From Haloquadratum walsbyi C23 (GTDB lineage: Archaea; Halobacteriota; Halobacteria; Halobacteriales; Haloferacaceae), in NCBI RefSeq assembly GCF_000237865.1, contig NC_017457.1, positions 60,001 through 92,000 of the forward strand: a DNA stretch of 32,000 nt. The letters run 5' to 3'. Made by a program: the position numbers and the translations under genes. Below the pieces are notes generated by a model. It saw only the letters and a list, made by a program, of their open reading frames with translations. It searched no databases and was not told the DNA's origin. Below, piece by piece: positions 24,892 through 32,000 of this stretch; within the stretch, counting starts at the first letter, position 1; each line of letters opens with the position of its first letter.

Positions 24892-26097
24892 TTAGTCTGC
24901 GTGTTGACCGATTATTTGTCCCACTCGACTTTCGGATTCAAGCACGTCGGCGATGATATCCTCATCAGCATTGAATTCGTATTTATAATAGCTCCCACCG
25001 TTCGATCCTTTATTCACCTCCATCAGATTGATGAATCCCTTCAGCGATAGCTGATTCAGACGCCGGTGTAATGTCCGTGTCGATACGGTATCACGTCCGA
25101 TCTGCTGTGCGATTGTCTTGTACTGGTCGTGGATCACTTTTCGTCTGACTGGTGTTCGTCCTTGTCGTGCCAGCGACAGTACTGTGTAGAGCACGACGTG
25201 ACTTTGTGTTGGTAACGCTTCGAGTTCGTCTTTAACGACGCCACTCTGGACTTGGTGGTATGCCTTTGTGACATGAGAGTCTGTAATCGTCGAATCATTG
25301 TTGTCTCGTGCGATGAAACCCGCATTCGAGAGGATATTGATCGCTTCACGAGCGCTTCCGGTGCGCTGTGCGACTTTTGCAGCTGTCAATGGGATTACTT
25401 CTTCGGACAGTGCGCCGTCCAAGAACGCTTCATCAGCACGTTGTGAGAGGATTTCCTGTAACTGATCAGCATCATACGGCTTGAAGTGGATCTCGTGTTC
25501 ACACAGCGTTGATTGGACACGGGCTGACAGTTCATCACGGAACTTGAAATTATTCGAAATGCCGATCAGTCCGATTTTTGTCTCGGTAATGTTCCCGTTC
25601 GTATGTGCACGTGGGATTTGATACAACAGTTCATCATCAGATCTGAAACTATCAATTTCATCAAGCACGAACAGGACATGTGTGGCGTCGGTATCCTCAA
25701 TATGTTCCCACAGTTTTCGATGTACTGTGGAACGGGGATAGCCTGTCGTGTGAATCTCCTGATTTCGGTCACGAAAATGATTCACGAGGTGACACGCAAC
25801 TTGATAACTCGTTGCATCTTTACAGTTCTGCCAGACAACCTCGACGGAGACGTTGTCGAATTCAACCTGGTCCTCGAGCAACTCATCAAGTATCATTTCT
25901 GTTGCGAGTGTTTTCCCAACGCCGGTATCACCGTAGACGAAGATGTTTCGGGGACTGGCTCCATTAGCCACGCTCTGAAGCACTTCCACGTATGTAGACA
26001 TCTCATCTTCTCGAGCAATGAGTGTGTCAGGCGTATATCCATCAGTAAGGACCTCCTCGTTATCGAACACGGCGTCAGTCTGTGTGAACCGTCCCAT
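24892..26097 (-). CDS. orc1: Orc1/Cdc6 replication initiator
   Basis: 401 aa with an AAA+ Walker A (VYGDTGVGKT), Walker B (VLFVLDEID) and a C-terminal winged helix (TRTLHRRLNQLSLKGFINLMEVNKG). It is adjacent to an origin-like inverted-repeat structure. Confidence 0.93.
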   Translation of the reverse strand: MGRFTQTDAVFDNEEVLTDGYTPDTLIAREDEMSTYVEVLQSVANGASPRNIFVYGDTGVGKTLATEMILDELLEDQVEFDNVSVEVVWQNCKDATSYQVACHLVNHFRDRNQEIHTTGYPRSTVHRKLWEHIEDTDATHVLFVLDEIDSFRSDDELLYQIPRAHTNGNITETKIGLIGISNNFKFRDELSARVQSTLCEHEIHFKPYDADQLQEILSQRADEAFLDGALSEEVIPLTAAKVAQRTGSAREAINILSNAGFIARDNNDSTITDSHVTKAYHQVQSGVVKDELEALPTQSHVVLYTVLSLARQGRTPVRRKVIHDQYKTIAQQIGRDTVSTRTLHRRLNQLSLKGFINLMEVNKGSNGGSYYKYEFNADEDIIADVLESESRVGQIIGQHAD

Positions 26098-26119
26098 ACT
26101 AGCCGTCTCTGACCCTACC

Positions 26120-26127
26120 TATAAATA
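26120..26127 (-). promoter_or_regulatory. TATA box of orc1
   Basis: The minus strand reads TATTTATA 23-30 nt upstream of the orc1 ATG (26097). This spacing is typical for leaderless archaeal transcripts. Confidence 0.5.
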
Positions 26128-26143
26128 ACCACTGTGTGAACTG

Positions 26144-26209
26144 TGTCAAGTGAGTCAAGTGTGTCAAGTGAGTCGTTGATTTATATAACACACACACACC
26201 GTTTTTCAC
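26144..26209 (+). repeat. origin inverted repeat, left arm, containing tandem GTCAAGTG(A/T) units, a (CA)6 run and CCGTTTTTCAC
   Basis: TGTCAAGTGAGTCAAGTGTGTCAAGTGAGTCGTTGATTTATATAACACACACACACCGTTTTTCAC. Its reverse-complement partner lies at 26501-26557. Confidence 0.85.
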
Positions 26210-26500
26210 GGACGTATGTCTTGAGAGAGTGGGTGGCTGTTGGGACGCCGTGATCGGAGCCGTATCCGTGCATGTGTGGGAGGCAGTGGTTGTAGGGGTT
26301 GGCGGGAAGGAGGCGTGTTCACGACACGCCTCATGTTGTTTGTTCGCTCAATTTACTCAGTACGGTTATTATTGTATTTATTATTATATAAAGTTTTTGT
26401 CATATATATTTTACATAATTATATCAATATGTTATTGAGATGATAATACCACCACTGACAGCGACTAACATCTGACCCCACTGTTTCAGCGAGAGTCTCA

Positions 26501-26557
26501 CTGAGAAACGGTGTGTGTGTGGTATATAAATGAACCACTCACTTGACACACTTGACA
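26501..26557 (-). repeat. origin inverted repeat, right arm
   Basis: The reverse complement reads TGTCAAGTGTGTCAAGTGAGTGGTTCATTTATATACCACACACACACCGTTTCTCAG. It matches the left arm apart from a few substitutions and one fewer GTCAAGTG unit. Confidence 0.85.
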
Positions 26558-26662
26558 GAATAAGATACGAATGACACACGTGACAAAATGTGTCTATAGC
26601 TAGTCATGATGTAACGTGATTTTCTCCGTATGCAACTTGATACCACCGTGTAAATCGGACAC

Positions 26663-26866
26663 TCAGTGAAGTTGAGCAGTCATCTGTTGAATTCCGTAAT
26701 ACAAAACTGGACCCAATACAGCACTGAGAATAACTGTTCCAACGAGAGGGAGAATTCCTGTCGGATCGGGACTGAGTGCAATCAAGATGCTGAATCCACT
26801 AACCACGGCAATAAAAATAGATATGCCTACAAGCGCAGTCTGTGCCATATCGGAGCGTACACTCAT
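26663..26866 (-). CDS. small predicted membrane protein
   Basis: It has two hydrophobic helices (ALVGISIFIAVVSGFSILIAL, LPLVGTVILSAVLGPVLYY). The track start is a TTG at 26917; ATG 26866 or 26848 is more likely. Confidence 0.5.
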   Translation of the reverse strand: MSVRSDMAQTALVGISIFIAVVSGFSILIALSPDPTGILPLVGTVILSAVLGPVLYYGIQQMTAQLH

Positions 26867-27244
26867 ATCCCTAATAAAACGGCATTTTCTATTTTCCCGC
26901 TGAGAAACTAATACCAATCGAACAATATCGTGTTTGTCACAGATGTCCCACAGTCTCAGAGTCGCTCAGAACACATTTCAGTATAGTAATACACATCATA
27001 TTGCAAGAAATATTAGCATGCATACGCATCAGTATAGTTCGGGGAAAATGTAATTTAGACTATTTAATACGGTGCTGTTTTTACTTCACTTTAGAAATAA
27101 AATCGCTCAGAGCTGTAATATGTATATATCTCATCACTACAGAAGCCTGGGCTGAGTAGCCCGTCAGTAAGTGGGATCAGGAGACTCCTGTGCAAGGCAC
27201 AAGTATCTACAGATTCCATACAATGATATCATAGCCTCCAACGA

Positions 27245-30118
27245 ATGAGTTCACAAACATCTCCAAGTATCCAGCCAGGTGCCGTAGTCAAGAATCGAAA
27301 CCGACTATGGAGAGTTGATTCCGTTGATGGAGACGTTGTCACAGCGACTCCCATAGACGGGAGCACTGCCGACAAGCATCGGTTTTATATTCCGGTCGAG
27401 GATATCAGAGAGGGCAGTCTGAATCCGCCAGATTCTGAGAAACTCGGGAATCCTGAGTTTCAGCGGCTACTAAATCGGTCATATCGGCTTTCGATGCTAC
27501 ACGGGACAGCTCCACTCGTAAGCCTCCAACGGTCACGGGTTATCCCAACCGAGTACCAGCTTACTCCAGTTGTAATGTCTTTGGATATGCCCCGTGTCCG
27601 AATGCTGCTGGCTGACGACGTCGGTCTAGGGAAAACCATTGAAGCAGGCCTCATCACCAGCGAACTGATGGCCCGCAACAAAGCGGATCGTATTCTCATA
27701 ATTACGCCTGCGAATCTCCGAGACCAGTGGCGTGAAGCGTTTACCTACTTCTTCCACATTGATGCGGATATTATCAGCCGCCGCCATCGAAAGGCGATGG
27801 AAAAGGAAATCCCACCAGGAACTAGTCCGTGGGAGCATTTTTCGAAACTCATTGTCAGTATCGACTACGCCAAACAAAATAGCGTTCGACACGAGATTCT
27901 GGATCAAGAGTGGGATCTCGTCATTATTGATGAGGCACACCAAGCGGCGAAACCGCATGAATCCGGGGCAAACGAAACCGTCGATATGCAACGCTGGGAC
28001 TTTGCGACCGATATCACCGACCACGCTGAACACTGTCTCCTCCTGACGGCTACGCCCCACAACGGCTACACGGATTCGTTTGCGAGCTTGATTCGGATGC
28101 TTGACGTCGACGCAGTATCTGGTCCTCGACATGACCCTACCGTTCACCGAGATATCGCCCGAAAGCATGTTGTCCAACGACGGCGGGACGATGTCAAGCG
28201 ATGGTTCTCTGACAGCGACGGTCAAAGTCCCTTCCCAAAGCGAGATCAAGACGAAGTACGGGTTACGCCGACAGCATACGAGGAAGAGACATACGATGCC
28301 GTCCGAGAGTATGGAGAGCTGTTGATGTCCTCCGCACAACGGTCAAGCTCCAAGAGCCAGACGCTGGCTCGTTGGTCAGTCATCCACTTCCTGAAGCGAG
28401 CATTAAGTAGCCCCGAAGCGCTCCGCCGATCGATAAAAAACCGTCAGGAAAAGCTCGAAGGTCGGCTGGATGAACTTGACGAGGAGGATACCCAGACTGT
28501 AATCGAAGAGACAGCAGGAGTCTCCGAGTCGATGGCTCAGGCGAATGCACTTGACGACGATCCTGGTGAAGAGTACAGTGAAGAGGAGGTCGGAGAACGG
28601 GTCGAGCGGGTCGTCACGGGTGATAAAGCCGCTATCGAACAGGAACTGGAGGTTCTCGAAGATGTTGCAGAAAAGGCGGAGCGGGTCACCAAAACCCGTG
28701 ATGCAAAGTTACAGCGGCTTCTCGACGAAACTCTACCCCAGCGGTTCCAATACCCTCGTGTCATCATATTTACAAAGTACGTGGATACGCTGGAGTATCT
28801 CGAAGAGCAGATCAAGGATTCGCAGGGTGATGAGACCGAAGTCTTCACTCTCCACGGGTCTCTAAATGAGGCACAACGGAAGGAGCGGTTCAAAGAGTTT
28901 GAAGAATCTACACGGGGCGTTCTCATCGCCACTGACGTCATCAGCGAAGGGATGAACCTCCAACACGCCGCAAACCAAATTATTCACTACGAGCTGCCGT
29001 GGAACCCGAACAGATTGGAACAGCGGAACGGTCGAATCGACCGATATGGGCAGGAGAACGACGAGGTCGTCATCCGGACGATGGTCGTCGAGGATCAGAT
29101 GGACGTGGCTATTCTCGAAAAACTCGTCCAGAAAGCGAACAACATCAGGCAGGAGTACGGGTTCTCACCACCGTACTTCGGCGACGACGAAGGGATCCTC
29201 GAACTGCTCAAAGACGAGGGAATCGACGCTGGCGTTCCACAGGCAACACTAGAAGAGTTCGGCGGCTCCGCACCAGCGGAGCGTGAGAGTGCGAGTGTCT
29301 TTGACGACCAGACACTTGACCGAATTAAATCCGAATCGTTCTACGGGCATACTGAAGTCGGCCTACAGGAGGTTCAAAAGCGTCAAGAAGAGACCCACCA
29401 GCGAATCGGCGGGCAGGGCACGTTAGAGCAGTTCGTCAAGAGTGGTCTGAACCTGTTCAATTGCTCGTACGAGATGAACGTCCAAGGGCACCTCAACATC
29501 GAGGTTACTGCTGATCGACTTCAATCACCGGACATCAAACGTGAGTACGAGGACGTGACGTTCGATCCCAACGAGGCGTCCCAGTCATCGGATGCGGAGA
29601 TGCTTGACATCGCCCATCCGCTCGTACAACGGCTCATCGAAGCCGTCAAAGAGACAGCGTTGACCGATGAGAACCGCTACGGGCGGACAGCAATACGGGG
29701 AACCGATGAGGTGAGGGAGCCGACAGCAGTGTATACAGCACTGGTTCGATACGTGGCAGACACCCAGCCCGATCCGACGATTATGGAGGAGTTGGTACAG
29801 GTCGGGTTGCCAATCTACGGGGACAAGCCACTTGAGCAAGATACCGTTGAGGCTTTAGAGGAGAGTGAAGCCAAACCGGTTCAGCGCACATCGATGGAGA
29901 AGGAAGACGAACTCAGAGCGGCACTCGGACACGGAGCGTTCGAACAGACGCTACAACGGCGAGCAGAACAGCGGCGGGACAAGATTGTCGAACAGCGGAC
30001 CGAGATGCGAGCGGAGCTTGAGAAATCCGGAAGTGGAAGCTGGCTGTCCGGGATTGATGACGTCGAGATTGCGAGCAAAGATCTGCTGACTGTCACCATC
30101 TATTATGGGAGCAACTAA
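27245..30118 (+). CDS. SNF2-family helicase/translocase
   Basis: 957 aa with motif I (LADDVGLGKTIEAG), motif II DEAH (VIIDEAHQ), motif III (LLLTATPHNG), motif V (VLIATDVISEGMNLQ) and motif VI (LPWNPNRLEQRNGRIDRYGQ). It also has a long C-terminal extension with no motif I can name. Confidence 0.92.
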   Translation: MSSQTSPSIQPGAVVKNRNRLWRVDSVDGDVVTATPIDGSTADKHRFYIPVEDIREGSLNPPDSEKLGNPEFQRLLNRSYRLSMLHGTAPLVSLQRSRVIPTEYQLTPVVMSLDMPRVRMLLADDVGLGKTIEAGLITSELMARNKADRILIITPANLRDQWREAFTYFFHIDADIISRRHRKAMEKEIPPGTSPWEHFSKLIVSIDYAKQNSVRHEILDQEWDLVIIDEAHQAAKPHESGANETVDMQRWDFATDITDHAEHCLLLTATPHNGYTDSFASLIRMLDVDAVSGPRHDPTVHRDIARKHVVQRRRDDVKRWFSDSDGQSPFPKRDQDEVRVTPTAYEEETYDAVREYGELLMSSAQRSSSKSQTLARWSVIHFLKRALSSPEALRRSIKNRQEKLEGRLDELDEEDTQTVIEETAGVSESMAQANALDDDPGEEYSEEEVGERVERVVTGDKAAIEQELEVLEDVAEKAERVTKTRDAKLQRLLDETLPQRFQYPRVIIFTKYVDTLEYLEEQIKDSQGDETEVFTLHGSLNEAQRKERFKEFEESTRGVLIATDVISEGMNLQHAANQIIHYELPWNPNRLEQRNGRIDRYGQENDEVVIRTMVVEDQMDVAILEKLVQKANNIRQEYGFSPPYFGDDEGILELLKDEGIDAGVPQATLEEFGGSAPAERESASVFDDQTLDRIKSESFYGHTEVGLQEVQKRQEETHQRIGGQGTLEQFVKSGLNLFNCSYEMNVQGHLNIEVTADRLQSPDIKREYEDVTFDPNEASQSSDAEMLDIAHPLVQRLIEAVKETALTDENRYGRTAIRGTDEVREPTAVYTALVRYVADTQPDPTIMEELVQVGLPIYGDKPLEQDTVEALEESEAKPVQRTSMEKEDELRAALGHGAFEQTLQRRAEQRRDKIVEQRTEMRAELEKSGSGSWLSGIDDVEIASKDLLTVTIYYGSN

Positions 30119-30120
30119 CG

Positions 30121-32000
30121 ATGAGTATCGATACACCCTCTACCGACGCTGAAATCGAATCGAGTTCCGATACGCCACGAACCGGATCAACGACATTCAT
30201 TAATACGAGCGGCGGTCTCCTCACCGAGGAACTGGTTGGCAAAGTCCGTCAACGTCAGTGCGGAGAGTCTGCCGTCCGACCGGAGACCTTTGCGTTACCG
30301 AACACGGAGCCGCCCGAAGAGGCGGACATCGAAGCAGAGATCGGGAATACGTGGAACACGCTTCGGGAGCGATGGGACGAGCTGACTATGGACGAGACAC
30401 TATTCCATATGGACGTCTCGGACGCTCGCAACAAGTGGATTCTCAAGCTATTCCGAAACCTTGGCTTCGAGCCGGTCTTCCAGCGTGAGAATCTCGAAGC
30501 GGGCGGCATCGAGGCGAACCTCTCTCATAAGGGATGGCCGGACGGCGAGATCGAAAACTATGGTGAACTGGAGGGGCGGACGGCTCCAATCATTCATACC
30601 GTTAAGCCGGAACAGAAGCTGGATCAAAAACCCGAAAATGCTCCTCGTGGAAGAAAAAGTCCACATGACACGCTCCAGGAGTTCCTAAATGCCAGCGACG
30701 AACATGACTGGGCTGTCGTAACAAACGGGCTGACGCTCCGAGTTCTTCGGGATTTCTATCACACGTACACCCGTGGATACGTGGAGTTCGATCTGGAGAA
30801 TATATTTACGACCCGGAATTACGGGGACTTCCGGGGACTCTACCGGCTCTGCCACGCTACACGGTTCATCGATCCGATCGTAGCCGATGAAGAGGAGGAT
30901 GATATTGAGACTCCTCTGGAGCAGCTCTACCAGGTCGCTCTGTCTACTGGGGTCAAGGTTGGTCAAGATCTCCAATCCAACGTCGTAAGCGCCATCGAGA
31001 CGCTGGGGACCGGGCTACTCAACCAGGAGATTCGGGAGTTCCTCAAAGAAGGTGGAGAAGAGGAAGCCAAAGAGTACTATCAGGAGGTCCTTCTCTTGGT
31101 ATATCGCCTGCTTTTCCTGATGTATGCAGAGCAGCGGGGGATGATGGCGTCACGTGATAGCCTGTACACCAACGAGTATAGCATCACGAACCTCCGTAGA
31201 AAAGCCGAAAACCGTCGAAGCGGGAGTGACCGAAATACTGATCTTTGGCACGGCTTACAGTCCACGTTCCGTCTCGTCGAGAAGGGTGACGACGAACTCG
31301 GCGTCCCTTGTTACAATGGAATGCTCTTCGACTCGAACCGGTTTGAATGGGTGTCCGAAGCCGAGTGTTTCAACGATGATCTCTTGGATGCAATTGAGGA
31401 TCTCACCCTCATTGAGCACGAGGGCACTCGCCAACGAATCTCGTACGCCGACCTCGGTGTTGAGGAGATTGGGTCTGTCTACGAGAGTCTGCTCGAGTTT
31501 ACACCGAGGCTTGCATCTGAAGTAATTGAATTGGAAGACAGAACGATTACTCGTGGTAAGTTCTATCTCGACGACCGGGGGACCGAGCGAAAAGAGACCG
31601 GGAGCTACTATACTGATCCGGGATTAGTTCAAGAACTTATTCAGAGCTCGCTGGAACCCGTCGTTGAAGATCGTATGGAAAACGCTGTCACGACTCCGGA
31701 ACAGGAAGAAGCCCTCCTCGACATCTCTGTCTGCGATCCAGCAAGCGGAAGTGGTGCGTTCCTGATCGCCGCCAACAATTTCTTAGCACAGCGACTCGCT
31801 CGCATTCGATCTGACAGTGACTATCCGCCTGGAGACAAGATTCGTGAGGCACGCAGAGATGTCCTCCAGCACTGTATCTATGCAGTCGACCTCAATCCAA
31901 TGGCCGTCGAATTGGCAAAGGTCAGTCTCTGGATAAACTCTGCTGTAGAAGACAAGCCGCTAAACTTTCTTGATCACCGTATCAAACAAGGAAATTCGCT
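30121..32000 (+). CDS. large N6-adenine-type DNA methyltransferase (Eco57I/type IIG/DrmMI-like), 5' part only
   Basis: It is not in the ORF track because it has no stop in the window. My hand translation from ATG 30121 stays open to the window end (626 codons). It includes SYYTDPGLVQELI, SAM motif I (ISVCDPASGSGAFLIAA), YAVDLNPMAVELAKVSLWIN and LDHRIKQGNS, the run that precedes NPPY in large gamma-class adenine methyltransferases. It starts 2 nt after the SNF2 stop. Confidence 0.8.
   Translation, partial: MSIDTPSTDAEIESSSDTPRTGSTTFINTSGGLLTEELVGKVRQRQCGESAVRPETFALPNTEPPEEADIEAEIGNTWNTLRERWDELTMDETLFHMDVSDARNKWILKLFRNLGFEPVFQRENLEAGGIEANLSHKGWPDGEIENYGELEGRTAPIIHTVKPEQKLDQKPENAPRGRKSPHDTLQEFLNASDEHDWAVVTNGLTLRVLRDFYHTYTRGYVEFDLENIFTTRNYGDFRGLYRLCHATRFIDPIVADEEEDDIETPLEQLYQVALSTGVKVGQDLQSNVVSAIETLGTGLLNQEIREFLKEGGEEEAKEYYQEVLLLVYRLLFLMYAEQRGMMASRDSLYTNEYSITNLRRKAENRRSGSDRNTDLWHGLQSTFRLVEKGDDELGVPCYNGMLFDSNRFEWVSEAECFNDDLLDAIEDLTLIEHEGTRQRISYADLGVEEIGSVYESLLEFTPRLASEVIELEDRTITRGKFYLDDRGTERKETGSYYTDPGLVQELIQSSLEPVVEDRMENAVTTPEQEEALLDISVCDPASGSGAFLIAANNFLAQRLARIRSDSDYPPGDKIREARRDVLQHCIYAVDLNPMAVELAKVSLWINSAVEDKPLNFLDHRIKQGNS

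Larger units (their letters stand above)
26144..26557. other. putative replication origin (ORB-like inverted repeats flanking a G-rich patch and an AT-rich unwinding element)
   Basis: The long inverted repeat (arms 26144-26209 and 26501-26557) encloses a G-rich segment (about 26221-26310), a 7-bp hairpin (26312-26330) and an almost pure A/T stretch (about 26341-26450). It lies immediately upstream of orc1/cdc6, which is the canonical archaeal origin layout. Confidence 0.75.

Noticed and set aside
26229-26443. Two overlapping 67-69-aa plus-strand ORFs
   Set aside because: They lie entirely within the G-rich patch and AT-rich core of the putative origin. Their tails are Tyr/Ile/Leu/Phe strings produced by A/T-only DNA.
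27626-28339. 237-aa minus-strand ORF inside the SNF2 gene
   Set aside because: It is antisense to a helicase ORF with all SNF2 motifs. Its Arg/Cys/Val-rich composition is not protein-like for this organism.
1-32000. CRISPR arrays, rRNA or tRNA genes, IS transposases, integrases, reverse transcriptases
   Set aside because: I looked for regularly spaced direct repeats, conserved rRNA or tRNA stems, and DDE, tyrosine-recombinase or YxDD motifs in the translations. None was found. The only regular repeats are those reported as features.

Overview
This looks like an archaeal, haloarchaeon-type accessory region. The evidence is very acidic predicted proteins, TATA-binding protein (TBP) and Orc1/Cdc6 paralogues, a twin-arginine lipoprotein signal, and TATA-like boxes about 25-30 nt upstream of start codons. 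I found no rRNA, tRNA, CRISPR array, transposase or integrase.

Contents from left to right:
1. A partial ORF and a PadR-like wHTH gene on the minus strand.
2. A three-gene R-M-like module at 871-3386: a methyltransferase paralogue lacking both catalytic and SAM motifs, overlapping by ATGA an intact SPPY beta-class methyltransferase, followed by a PD-(D/E)xK ORFan.
3. Two convergent decayed TBP genes.
4. A type I R-M locus in the order hsdM, hsdS, an hsdM 3' remnant, a second hsdS, hsdR, and a DUF45 HExxH peptidase.
5. An intact TBP paralogue and an orphan HsdR_N-like nuclease-domain protein.
6. A visibly AT-richer block of about 7 kb (by eye) holding small membrane proteins and ORFans. It includes a Tat lipoprotein gene bracketed by 40-bp direct repeats and a duplicated promoter plus 5' coding segment.
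7. A frameshifted pentapeptide-repeat gene.
8. orc1/cdc6 next to a textbook-looking origin, with long inverted repeats flanking an AT-rich stretch.
9. An SNF2 helicase tightly followed by a large N6-adenine-type methyltransferase that runs off the right edge (class 1 DISARM-like or type IIG-like).

The most unusual non-genic signal is a ~65-bp element made of an AT-rich box, a 12-bp perfect inverted repeat and a fixed 22-nt variable spacer. It occurs three times in the same orientation (4.4, 16.5 and 23.4 kb), with a possible solo arm at 24.7 kb, and it sits exactly at the boundaries between gene blocks.

All functional calls come from motif reading of the supplied translations or my own hand translations. 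No database search was possible.
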